From: an uncultured Clostridia bacterium
GTDB taxonomy: Bacteria; Bacillota; Clostridia; TANB77; UBA1234
DNA length: 64,000 nt
Assembly (NCBI GenBank): GCA_934169745.1
Contig: CAKPOE010000007.1
Coordinates: 3,733 to 67,732 of the forward strand
Direction: 5' to 3'
Of this stretch, positions 8,688 to 19,000 are shown piece by piece. Below the pieces are notes generated by a model. That model was not told where the DNA came from. It worked only from the letters and a program-made list of their open reading frames with translations, and made no database searches. Both the position numbers and the translations under genes were made by a program. How positions within the stretch are numbered: position 1 is the first letter of the stretch; every line of letters begins with the position of its first letter.

Positions 8688-9917
8688 ATGAAGTTAAAAA
8701 AAGTAATAATGTTAATATTGATGTTTATGATTTCGCTATCTCTATTTAGTGTGGCAAGAGCGGAAAATATAAAAGTTTCTAATGAATATGTTGAAGTAGT
8801 TCAACGTCGATTTATATTCTGGAAGTGGGAAAATCGTTGGAGAAATATTGAAGTAACCATACCGGCGGAATATTTTAATAATAAAGATAACATAGTAATT
8901 GGAGAAGCAAACGAAATATTATTTAAAGATACGGGTAGAACATTAGAGTTTCAACCTTATTTGCGTGACGGCACAAAATCATATGACCCTAATTTAGAGA
9001 TAAGTCAAGTCAATAGTGATGGTAGCTTGACGGTAAAAGTCTCTTGGATGGAACAGTATGACCAATCTACGGAACTGGATATTAATGAGGGACGCATCAA
9101 TGAATTTGGAAATGTTGTTGAACGTAAAAATGTATTTAGTTACAAGGTTGGTACTGGTACTCCTGATGAACCAGTGCCTTCGCCAGAACCTGACAATAAC
9201 AAACAAAACAATTCAACAGACAATAGTCCAGGAGGTTTTTACAATCCTTATGAAATAAATGTATCTAGTCTTAGACAAGTTGTTGAGATAAAGTATGATA
9301 AAGTTCCGTTCTATTTTTATATAAGTAGAAATAGTGCAGATGGTACATTCTTGGTTGATTTTGATGAAAAAAACAAGGTTGTAAAATTTGATTATATATC
9401 AGATCAAAAAAGAGTTGGATATGTTAAAGAACATGAAAATGATACTCCATATTCACAAGTTGGAGCCGAGAGTGTTAATCTTGTTAAGCATGGAATTAAA
9501 ATAGAAACAGTACCAGAGTATATTATAAAAGAGATTAGTAATGCATCTGATTTTGTAACACCAGACGGAACGCAAAATATAAAATGTGCTTTTAATTATT
9601 TGGATACTTTACTTTCAACATATGTACCACATCCAGCATCATATGTGTTTGTATGTCGTACAACACAAAAAAGCGATGACAGAGATGCTAGAGAAAGAGA
9701 TGTAATGTATCAATTCTGTGGATACAACGAACCGGATGAACCAGCTGGTTTCTTGGAGACGCTTTGCACAAAAGTGTTAACGTTTTTAGGCGATTTATTT
9801 ATGTTGTTAATAAAAGCGTTTCTTGGCTCTGATCTCACAATAGATAAAATTATATTTAACGAATATGATCCTGTTGTAATTGATTTAGAAGATCGGACGA
9901 GGCATACTTGGAAATGA
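8688..9917 (+). CDS. VirB6-like paralog 3, N-terminal fragment (signal peptide, ~380-aa ectodomain and first core block only)
   Basis: RBS AGGAGG lies 9 nt before ATG 8688 (the track ORF starts at 8664). It ends LGDLFMLLIKAFLGSDLTIDKIIFNEYDPVVIDLEDRTRHTWK*, inside the block that is continuous in paralogs 1, 2, 4 and 5. Confidence 0.7.
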   Translation: MKLKKVIMLILMFMISLSLFSVARAENIKVSNEYVEVVQRRFIFWKWENRWRNIEVTIPAEYFNNKDNIVIGEANEILFKDTGRTLEFQPYLRDGTKSYDPNLEISQVNSDGSLTVKVSWMEQYDQSTELDINEGRINEFGNVVERKNVFSYKVGTGTPDEPVPSPEPDNNKQNNSTDNSPGGFYNPYEINVSSLRQVVEIKYDKVPFYFYISRNSADGTFLVDFDEKNKVVKFDYISDQKRVGYVKEHENDTPYSQVGAESVNLVKHGIKIETVPEYIIKEISNASDFVTPDGTQNIKCAFNYLDTLLSTYVPHPASYVFVCRTTQKSDDRDARERDVMYQFCGYNEPDEPAGFLETLCTKVLTFLGDLFMLLIKAFLGSDLTIDKIIFNEYDPVVIDLEDRTRHTWK

Positions 9918-9930
9918 GTCTGTACAAACT

Positions 9931-12003
9931 ATGATTAAAAGTATGTACAATATGTTTGTGGCTATAGCCGCTGTTGTATATACGACAATATTGTTGTACA
10001 TAGGTGTTAAAGTACTTTTTGGTGTTTCTACTCCAAGACAAGGTGAATATAAAAAAGATTTAACAAACTGGGTAGTTGGAATTGTTTTACTTTTTGCTGT
10101 TCCGCAATTTTTTAAATTTATTCCGTCTATGGTAAATTCTGTTGTAAGCTATATTGGTGGTAGTAGCAGGATTATAATGTATAGTTATTACAATATGGAT
10201 GGTGTCCTTGACGCAATGGATTCGGAGAAAGTTGGTACGTCTGGAGAAGATAATAGATCTACATATATTGAAAGACTTAAGGGAATAAGAGCAGACAAAC
10301 AAGGACAACTTGCAAGTGTAAGATCAAGGCGTAAGTGGTTAGAGAAAAATGGAGTCACTTTAAATAGCGTAGAATATCAAGCTGCACTTAGCCAAGTTCA
10401 AAGCGCAATTGAAGCTCTTAGAGGTAAATATGATACTAAAAAAGTAATGAATTTGCTAAATCAAGAAATAGGTAAAGCTTCTGGTGAAGTTGATCCTAAT
10501 AAACTTGCAAGTAGAGTTTTGAACAGAACTAAAAACAATAGCGCTACGAGTTTTCCGGGTAAATTACCTTCTCCTATTGGTACAATACCAAATCCTATAA
10601 AAAGTTTTGTTGATCCTTTAGATATAGAAAAATTAGCGAATGCTTTATCATCAAGCGGTTATATCGAAAAGGAAAAAGCACTTCTTGAAAGATTAGATAC
10701 TATTCTTATAAATTATGATGAGGAAAAAACATTAGAAGAGGAAATTGCAAATTTAACAGCGCTGATTGATGCACCAGACCTAATGGGGGATATGAGGGTA
10801 TTAGCTGGACAAACAGGAAGATTCACTTATGCTATAGTATGGTGGATATGCATATATGAAATGATAGTTATACTATGCATGTATTACAGAAGAGTTATAG
10901 TTATGGGAATACTTATAACTATATATCCACTTGTTGCAATGACATATCCAATAGATAAATTGAAAGACGGAAAGGCACAAACACTTACAAACTGGTATAA
11001 AGAATTTACAGTTAATTTGGTTGTTCAAATCGTTCACGCGGTAGTATATATAGTTTTGGTGCAATCTGGAATAAAACTTTATCAAGCAAATGCTAACAAC
11101 TGGTTATTCTTTATATTGGCAGTGCTATTCTTGTTCCCAGCAGAAAGACTTATGAGAGGAATATTTGGATTAAAGGGAACATCTATAAAGGAATTGAAAG
11201 CAAATGCGGTAGGTATAGCTGGTGCTGCTGCGACAGCTGTAACACTTGGTAAGCAGACAGGCAGAGCTGCCAATGAAAAATTTGGAATAACTAAAAAAGG
11301 AAAAGAAGCAAAAGCAAATAAACAAAAAGCTGCTGATAAAGCTAAGAAGAATAGAGATAATAGAGATAAATACTTGCAAGGCAGAGCAGATATAAAAGAA
11401 AATCAAAGAATGCAAAAAGCTGCACAGAGAAGAAGAAGAGCAACATCTATGCGTGGCGCTAGAAGAATGGCATATAACCTTTATGCAAAAACAATGAATG
11501 CAGCTGGTAGAGCTAGAAGTGCGGCATATAAACTAGGTAATAAAGGTAGAAAATTAAAAGGACAATATAGAAAATTGCAGGATTCTAAATTTGCAAAATA
11601 TGCAAAGGGTACTTGGAGAGTTGCACGTGGTGCAACAGGAATGGCTGTTGGTGCTGCTAACTTCGTTACTACATCTGGTACAAGTGGCTTAGGGGCAGGA
11701 TTTGTGTCTGGCACATCTGTAGCAAGAATGGTTGGCGGCTTCAAGGACAGAGATAGATTACAAAAAGCTATTGATAATAGAGCATCATCACAAACTGCAA
11801 ATACATCGCAAAATACCAACGTGAGTGGTAATGGTAGTAATGGTGGATATACACCGAAAATTACTCCAAAGGCTAATGTTCCACCATCAATTAGTGGGGC
11901 TCCAAGTCCAAATAATGGCAGCACAAGTGCAAGTTCAGGAAATGTACAAGTAAATGTAAATACAACTACAGCTCAAAATGTAAATACAAAAACAGATAAT
12001 TAA
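9931..12003 (+). CDS. VirB6-like paralog 3, C-terminal fragment (TM core plus basic tail), in the +1 frame relative to 8688..9917
   Basis: No Shine-Dalgarno sequence precedes ATG 9931. Homology to the paralogs (ESVQTMIKSMYNMFVAIAAVVYTTILLYIGVKVLF) starts upstream of that ATG in this frame. Core blocks present: VWWICIYEMIVILCMYYRRVIVMGILITIYPLVAMTYPIDKLKDGKAQ, WYKEFTVNLVVQIVHAVVY and FLFPAERLMRGIFG. Confidence 0.7.
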   Translation: MIKSMYNMFVAIAAVVYTTILLYIGVKVLFGVSTPRQGEYKKDLTNWVVGIVLLFAVPQFFKFIPSMVNSVVSYIGGSSRIIMYSYYNMDGVLDAMDSEKVGTSGEDNRSTYIERLKGIRADKQGQLASVRSRRKWLEKNGVTLNSVEYQAALSQVQSAIEALRGKYDTKKVMNLLNQEIGKASGEVDPNKLASRVLNRTKNNSATSFPGKLPSPIGTIPNPIKSFVDPLDIEKLANALSSSGYIEKEKALLERLDTILINYDEEKTLEEEIANLTALIDAPDLMGDMRVLAGQTGRFTYAIVWWICIYEMIVILCMYYRRVIVMGILITIYPLVAMTYPIDKLKDGKAQTLTNWYKEFTVNLVVQIVHAVVYIVLVQSGIKLYQANANNWLFFILAVLFLFPAERLMRGIFGLKGTSIKELKANAVGIAGAAATAVTLGKQTGRAANEKFGITKKGKEAKANKQKAADKAKKNRDNRDKYLQGRADIKENQRMQKAAQRRRRATSMRGARRMAYNLYAKTMNAAGRARSAAYKLGNKGRKLKGQYRKLQDSKFAKYAKGTWRVARGATGMAVGAANFVTTSGTSGLGAGFVSGTSVARMVGGFKDRDRLQKAIDNRASSQTANTSQNTNVSGNGSNGGYTPKITPKANVPPSISGAPSPNNGSTSASSGNVQVNVNTTTAQNVNTKTDN

Positions 12004-12022
12004 TTGAAAGGAGCAAGGCACT

Positions 12023-15000
12023 ATGAAAACATTTTTAAAACGAACAACTATTTTAATACTTGTTATGATGACACTAATAAACACAATAGTGCCTAGTAGG
12101 AACTTCGTATCTGCGACTAGTGGAGATGGAGATTCTGAAGATTCTGAAAATTTACCAGATTGGGAAATTGTAGATGCTAGCAGTATTTTTCAGTCATATC
12201 AGGTAAATGGAAAAGATGTGTATGATGGTGGTGTTGGTGCTGACAATGGAAGTAAAAGATTTTTTACAGTCTCAAAAACGGGAGACTATACTCTTATGCA
12301 AGGTGGAGTAGTCTATGATGGTCCTTCTTCAGTGATGTATTCAATTCCATCAGAGGGAATTGAACTTACAAAAGAATGGATGCGTGACAATGCTACAGGA
12401 GTTGAAATTCGTCATGCTAACAATCTTGGAATACCAGGTGGTGGTGTTTCGAAAATAGCTTACCGCTTAGAAGCTGGAAAAATTTATTTGATGCCAAGTG
12501 ATACCTGGGATAATTTTATTGTGGGAGGACAGGTTGTTTCTGTAAATCCAGAGAAAACAAGTGAAATTACAGATGAATACGAGGGCAATGCTTCATTAAT
12601 TGAACGTCTTATTACAATATTTTTATTAACACTTGGTGACGGCGCTATGTGGGCGATTGGTGCAGTAGCCGGGGGAACAATTAGCTTAGATGCACTGTTT
12701 TTTAATCAATATTCGAACACTACGTTAGCGATTTTCAAAAATCAAGATTTGAGTAATACAAAGCCAAATAATTTTGTAAATTCTTCGAATGTAATAGATA
12801 CAATTGATAATTTAACAATAGCTTTTAGAGGTATTGCTATAACTGCATATATTACCGTTCTCTTGTATGTTGGCATAAGAGTTTTATTGGGATGCACCGC
12901 TGGCGCAAAATCTAAATATAAAGAACTACTTTTAGATTGGTTAAGAGGTTTGGTTATGTTGTTCATTTTTCCAATCGTTATGAGGTATGTTGTAGAGTTG
13001 AATGATGCGGCGGTTGCTGCAATATATAAAGTAGAACAAGCCACAAATATAGTGTCACCAGGAATTGATGATAGACCAGGAGGAATTACTTTTCCACTTG
13101 AATTTGGTGGAAACTTGATTAAACAACCTAAAAATTACATGGAGGCACTTAGGTATAGAGCTTCGATAGAAGGCAGAGCAGTATATGCACTATGCTGGTT
13201 AATACTAATATTTGAGCTAGTAAAATTTATTTTTATATATTTTAAAAGATTACTTATGGTGCTATTTTTAGTTGCAGTATTTCCACTTGTTATGATTTCG
13301 TATGCACTTGATAAAATTAAAGATGGCAAGTCACAAGTTTTTGATAGATGGTTTAAAGAATATGTACTTAATGTAGTATTGCAGACTTTCCATGCACTTA
13401 ATTATACGGTAGTTATGGGTTTGATATTTGCTGTAGGTGATGCAAACTCAGTGGGTGGTAATGCAAATTATATTTTGATTTTAGTTGGTATCACATATAT
13501 TGCTAAAGGAGAGGATATTTTAAGACATATATTTGGACAAGATAAATCGGCAGGAGGAACAGTAAAGAGTGCAGCGGAGTCTATGTTAAAAGCTTCAGCA
13601 GCTGTTAGCGTTGCAAAGAAATTAGGCAAAGGTGCGAAAAATACAAAGAAGAGAATTGGCGGTTTAATTGATAAGGGAAGAGGAATATCTGACAGAACAT
13701 TAAAGTGGAAGCAAAATAGAATTAATGAGAGAGAAGATAAACTTGCTGCCTCTGTAAATCCACCACCTCCATTGGAAGCATTTTACTTATCTGAACATAG
13801 AAGAGACAGCATTGGAAAAGACGTAAAGGATTCAATTAACGCCGTTATTGATGCAAAAGATTCACCAGAAGAGCTAAAGAAAGCTTTGGAAAAATTAATG
13901 GCATTAGCTGCAAACCCGAATATGAGTCGTGAATTGGGTATGCAACTATTAGCAATGGGAGCGCAAGGACAAGACATAAAAGATTTGATGGCTCAAGCAG
14001 AAGCATTAGAAGGCTTAACTTTGAATATTAATGTTAAACAAAATCTTGACATATTGATTAATCGCAAAAAAGGTAAAAATGGCAACTTGAGAACATCATC
14101 ATATAATCAAATGAGTGATAATTTACTTGCAGCATATGGATTTGATAATAAAACGTTGACATCAGAAAAAAATAAGATTTCTAAGAAGATGGAAAAACTA
14201 GAGAGAACTAACAAAAAACGTATTAAATCAAGTAATGCTATGACAGATACAAGGACTCGTTTGTCTTATGAAAGTGCTTCAAATTCAATGAGAGATGGAA
14301 ATGTAAAAGGAGGAGCTGCTAATAATCAGAAAGGTCAGTTTGCTGCTACGGGTGCAAGTGAAGCGACATCTACTAGAGCTGGTGGTATGTCTACTAATAC
14401 AAATGCAAGTAAAATGAAAAGAACTTACAAGATGATGAAAAACCAGGGTACATCCGCTAGAACTACGCAATCATCGCAAAAGTCAACTACACAAAATGGA
14501 AACGTAGCAGATCCTGTTAAAAAGACGTATGCTGTCTCTAAAAATGAAGTTGTAGGAAAGAGAAAGACAACTGCACAAAAAATAAGAACAAGAAAAGCGG
14601 TGGAAAGAAAAAGAAGAGAAGACGTTGCAAACCTTGGAGATAAAGCTGTAGAAGCACGTCAAAGAAGAATGAGCAGTCCGACAACCGCAGAACAAAGGGA
14701 AAATTATGCTAAAGCGGCTTCGCATGTTGTTGATATGAACAATCCGATGAGTACACCTACTGAATTTGTAAAGGCACATCAAAAATTTGATGATGTTGCA
14801 GCACAAATTAGAAGCTTGCAAGGATTAAATCAACTTGGTGGAGAAGCAGAAGACGCTGGAGTAAAAGCTTTAGAAAGTGAAATTAGGAATGATACAAAGG
14901 CGGCTCAAATTGCAGCGGCAAGAGAGAAAAAAATTAGAGAAATGACAGAAAATGCAGAAAGAATGAATAAAAATAAAATTTCTGACAATATGAAAATAGA

Positions 15001-15859
15001 GTATAGAGAGATTGCTACTGCAGTAGATACAATGAATGATGGCAGAGCTTCATTAAATGAATTATGGGAAGCAAGAGATACATATGTTGATGGAATGGAG
15101 AAGTATGGCGCTGATAAGGGTGTGCAACAAATAAGCGGTGAGTTATTCAACGGTGGTTCAAGTGGAAAATATAATCTTGATATAAATGAGTATTCCGTAA
15201 ACTTGGCTGTGGAAACATTAAATAACGTTCACGAGCTTAGTGGAGATCTGAGGGAGAGACAACAAATTGTAGATAAATGTATTCATATTGTACATGAACA
15301 TGCAAAAGATGGTGGTGTCACAAATGAAATACTTAATAGATTGAAATATGATGCTAGTAAACTTGAAATCGGTAAGATGCCTACTGTCGGAAAAGAAAAG
15401 AAACCAGAATCAAAGGCTGTGAAACAAATTGAAGATGCATTGAATAAGCTTAGAAGTGAAACAAGAGGAGAAGGAACAATTTATGATCCTGGAAAGAATT
15501 ATGATGCTGAAAAAGAAAAGAAGAAGATAAGACAAGAACTACATAATTTTGGAGTAGAGACTGTAAAAGAAGTGGCGAGAGATACTCTTGGAGTAGTAGG
15601 TGGCGCCACAGCAACAGCGGCGTATTTTGCACTTGATGACACAACAACAGTTTCGGAATTAGCCGGTTCTATGGCAATTGGAGGAACTGCCGGAGCAAAA
15701 GTTGGAGAAGGTGCAATTCAATTTGTGGACAATACAAGTTATAGGATAAAGAAAGGAATAAAAACACTACGAAAAGAAAATGAAAAAAACGAAGAAAACA
15801 GAGGAGAAAATCCAATTCAATTGTATAATGATAATGGAAAAGTAAAAAGGAAAAAATAA
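12023..15859 (+). CDS. VirB6/TrbL-like polytopic membrane protein, paralog 4 of 5 (1278 aa, ~750-aa helical/basic C-terminal extension)
   Basis: RBS AAAGGAG plus a signal peptide. Core blocks: LTLGDGAMWAIGAVAGGTISLDALFFNQY, YITVLLYVGIRVLL, YKELLLDWLRGLVMLFIFPIVM, CWLILIFELVKFIFIYFKRLLMVLFLVAVFPLVMISYALDKIKDGKSQ, WFKEYVLNVVLQTFHALNY and YIAKGEDILRHIFG. Confidence 0.65.
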   Translation: MKTFLKRTTILILVMMTLINTIVPSRNFVSATSGDGDSEDSENLPDWEIVDASSIFQSYQVNGKDVYDGGVGADNGSKRFFTVSKTGDYTLMQGGVVYDGPSSVMYSIPSEGIELTKEWMRDNATGVEIRHANNLGIPGGGVSKIAYRLEAGKIYLMPSDTWDNFIVGGQVVSVNPEKTSEITDEYEGNASLIERLITIFLLTLGDGAMWAIGAVAGGTISLDALFFNQYSNTTLAIFKNQDLSNTKPNNFVNSSNVIDTIDNLTIAFRGIAITAYITVLLYVGIRVLLGCTAGAKSKYKELLLDWLRGLVMLFIFPIVMRYVVELNDAAVAAIYKVEQATNIVSPGIDDRPGGITFPLEFGGNLIKQPKNYMEALRYRASIEGRAVYALCWLILIFELVKFIFIYFKRLLMVLFLVAVFPLVMISYALDKIKDGKSQVFDRWFKEYVLNVVLQTFHALNYTVVMGLIFAVGDANSVGGNANYILILVGITYIAKGEDILRHIFGQDKSAGGTVKSAAESMLKASAAVSVAKKLGKGAKNTKKRIGGLIDKGRGISDRTLKWKQNRINEREDKLAASVNPPPPLEAFYLSEHRRDSIGKDVKDSINAVIDAKDSPEELKKALEKLMALAANPNMSRELGMQLLAMGAQGQDIKDLMAQAEALEGLTLNINVKQNLDILINRKKGKNGNLRTSSYNQMSDNLLAAYGFDNKTLTSEKNKISKKMEKLERTNKKRIKSSNAMTDTRTRLSYESASNSMRDGNVKGGAANNQKGQFAATGASEATSTRAGGMSTNTNASKMKRTYKMMKNQGTSARTTQSSQKSTTQNGNVADPVKKTYAVSKNEVVGKRKTTAQKIRTRKAVERKRREDVANLGDKAVEARQRRMSSPTTAEQRENYAKAASHVVDMNNPMSTPTEFVKAHQKFDDVAAQIRSLQGLNQLGGEAEDAGVKALESEIRNDTKAAQIAAAREKKIREMTENAERMNKNKISDNMKIEYREIATAVDTMNDGRASLNELWEARDTYVDGMEKYGADKGVQQISGELFNGGSSGKYNLDINEYSVNLAVETLNNVHELSGDLRERQQIVDKCIHIVHEHAKDGGVTNEILNRLKYDASKLEIGKMPTVGKEKKPESKAVKQIEDALNKLRSETRGEGTIYDPGKNYDAEKEKKKIRQELHNFGVETVKEVARDTLGVVGGATATAAYFALDDTTTVSELAGSMAIGGTAGAKVGEGAIQFVDNTSYRIKKGIKTLRKENEKNEENRGENPIQLYNDNGKVKRKK

Positions 15860-15906
15860 AAAACTGTAACAAAAAAATCGTAAAAATATGAAAGCAAAAT
15901 TAATGC

Positions 15907-15965
15907 TGTAGGGGTCGCCGCCTTCGGCGACCCGCAGAGCAAAAAGCAGCGAAAATACCGTAAAA
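15907..15965 (+). repeat. GC-rich hairpin element (TGTAGG family) in the paralog 4 / paralog 5 spacer
   Basis: TGTAGG is followed by a perfect 9-bp GC hairpin GGGTCGCCG-CCTT-CGGCGACCC, then GCAGAGCAAAAAGCAGCGAAAAT. This resembles the elements at 53766 and 56288 (TGTAG..hairpin..ACAGCACTAAATAACCCAAAAAGTGGCTATCGGAAAAT). Confidence 0.6.
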
Positions 15966-16001
15966 ACGTAAAATGAAACCAAAACTTGAAAGGAGTAGGC
16001 A

Positions 16002-19000
16002 ATGATGGAAACATTGTGTAAAAAAATAATTATCTTAATATTTATATTTACAACACTTCTTGGTACAACATTGCCTACAAATGTAGTATATGCTATTGGA
16101 CATACAGGCGATATGACAAAGTTTAAGTCAGCGGGTAATAACGTGCCCAACAAAGATTTAGATTCTATAATTCAAGCAAATACGAAATCTGAGGTTACGG
16201 TAGGCAAGGACAATTATACAAAGTTTAAATTGAATGAAATGAGTACGGGATGGTATGATATCTATAGAGGAGAGCTAAAAGTACTAAAGGATGGAAAACT
16301 ACAGGATGCACCTTATGAATATGATATTCATACTAGAACGCGTTATTACAAATTAGACGGTAATACGGAGTATTACATAAAAACGGCGGATATCAATAAC
16401 TTTTCATATAATAAATATGTAAAAGAAGACAACAAAACTTCTTTTTTTGAAACTGTTGAACACATGATTTCATGGTTTGTTAGAACGGCCGCAAATGGTC
16501 TTGTAAAATTAATTGACTGGGCTGTGGGCGGTGGAGAAGGTGTAACAATTGATAAAATAATATTTAATCAATATAAACCGACAAAGCTTGTATACTTTAG
16601 TCCTGAGAAAGATGCGTTGAAAGAAGGAGCAACGGACCCAAACGTAAATAGTAACTATGAATATCCTATCGTACATTTAATGTCTAAAGCAATCACAGAG
16701 TGGTTTAATATATTTAGAGCAGTTGCAATTACAGGGTATACGTCAATTTTATTATATATAGGTATTCAAATTTTATTGAAAGCGACGGCAGAAAAACAAG
16801 CAGAATACAAGCGATTGCTTACAGACTGGGTTGTTGGTGTAGTGATATTATTTCTATTCCCAACAGTAATAAAAACTGCTATTGAAATGAATAACAGTTT
16901 AGTAGAATCTATCGGAAAATCAAGAGGTATTTTAGATAGCGACGGAAATGTTTCTTATCAAAATACAACTCATAAACAAGCGAATTATACGGCATTGAAT
17001 CCAAATATGTCAGAACAGGAACTTAAAGCTTATGCTAGTACATTTGATGGAAATCCTTTCTCTGATGACAATAAGGATTATATGGCAATAATGGCGAAAA
17101 AGGCAGATAAAACGAAGAGACTATCATATGCAGTTGTTTACATGATAATGGCTTGGCAATTATTAATGCTGATAATTATTTATTATAAGCGATTATTTAT
17201 GGTTGGTTTCTTGCTAGTGTTGTTCCCGCTTGTTGCACTTACATATGCATTAGATAAAGTTAAAGATGGCAAATCACAAGCATTTAATACTTGGGGAAAA
17301 GAAATTTTGCTTAATATATTTATTCAAACGTTCCATGCAATTATTTATGTGTTTGCCTTGGGAGTTACTTTTGAAGCATCAGAAGTGGCAAATGACTGGA
17401 TACTTATGATAATTGGTGTATCATTCTTATTCAAGGGTGAAGAAATAATAAAGAAGATATTTGGATACAAGTCTTCAGATACGGTTGATTCGTTAGTTTC
17501 AACAGCGACGAAAACTTTTGCAACATACCAAGTTATGAAAAAAGGAGTTTTAGCCGTTAAAGATAATTTTATTGGAAAAAACAGTCACTTAGGTAGAGCT
17601 GTTGAAGCGAGAAGAAACGCAAGAACTTATGAAATGATGGCAAATAATTTCGATGCTTTTGCATCAGAGCCTACATACAATTTCCCTGCTGCAAGAGAAT
17701 TACCACATGCTCCAGCTGTTATGGATAGCGAAGCTATACAGTTGGGAAATGATATTCAAATGATAAATCATTTTAATGTAGCAAACCCAGCCGCATTGGC
17801 AATGGCTCTAGATAGAGTACAAAATTATTACCAAAATGGTGGTAAATATATGACAATGCTTAATGACTTAAAGCTTGATAGACATCAAATAGACGGTTTA
17901 CGAAGAATTAAAAATGGTGCTATTCAAGATGTAAAGAATGGTGAAGAGTCTGCAACAATAGAACAAAAAATCAAATTAGAGTTGGAGACATTAATGCCAG
18001 GAGCAGATGTAAGCAAGATGCAACAAGCTTTATATAGACAGATGGCAATGCCACTTAATTCAAATCATCTTAAGAGAAATGTTTTTGATGGCTTTATTAA
18101 AAAAGAAATCATGGATGCTGAAGACAGAATGAATGAAATAAATGATAGCATAAAATTTTCACCAAAGAGTAGCAGGACACTTCGTGATTTAGTGGATAAA
18201 GCTGATGATTTGACTTATAACGTATATGGTGCAACTCAAGGCGACAAAAAAATTGTGAGAATGGCCGGATATGTAGAGATGCTTAAGGCAAGAGACTCTG
18301 GAGATTTTACAGCTAAGCAACTTAATGAGGCGGCTCAATACGTTCAACAACATAGATATGATAGTAAAGAATTTGGCAAGATGATAGATACATTAGATTA
18401 TGACTTCGATGAAATAAGACATGTAATAGCAGAGAAGACCGTTGAAACATATATGGAGACGGATGGCACGTACAAATCTTTTGCCGGAATGACTTCAGAT
18501 GAAATTAGCGATATAAGAGCAGCGTGCGACTTAGCTGGTGACATAAAAGATAACATTGAAAACAGAGAGCAAAGAATACAAGATTTGAAAAAATCACTTA
18601 AATATGATAGTACGGACTTTAGTGAAAGACAAGTCGAAGCCTTTAATGGAGTGGTTGATAATTTGCTTGAAACAACATATGGTAAGAGGGCTTATACAGA
18701 CGAGGAAAGAAAAATGGCAGAGGAAGTTTGGAAATTAAATAATAGTTTTTCATTTACGAGAGATTCTGTAGTTGAGGCATACAACTATGTTTCTGAACAT
18801 ATGAATGATAATGACTTAATACATAAGATGGCAGAAAAGATGGGATACGATATAGATGAACTTGGTAATGCATTGAAATATCAAGAATCTAACTCGTGGT
18901 ATTCAAATCCAGATATTGATGAGGTTTCGGTTAATACATTGATTAAAAATAAACATGGTCTTGATTTAAATGAAAAGGATTTGATTGATAGAATAAAATC

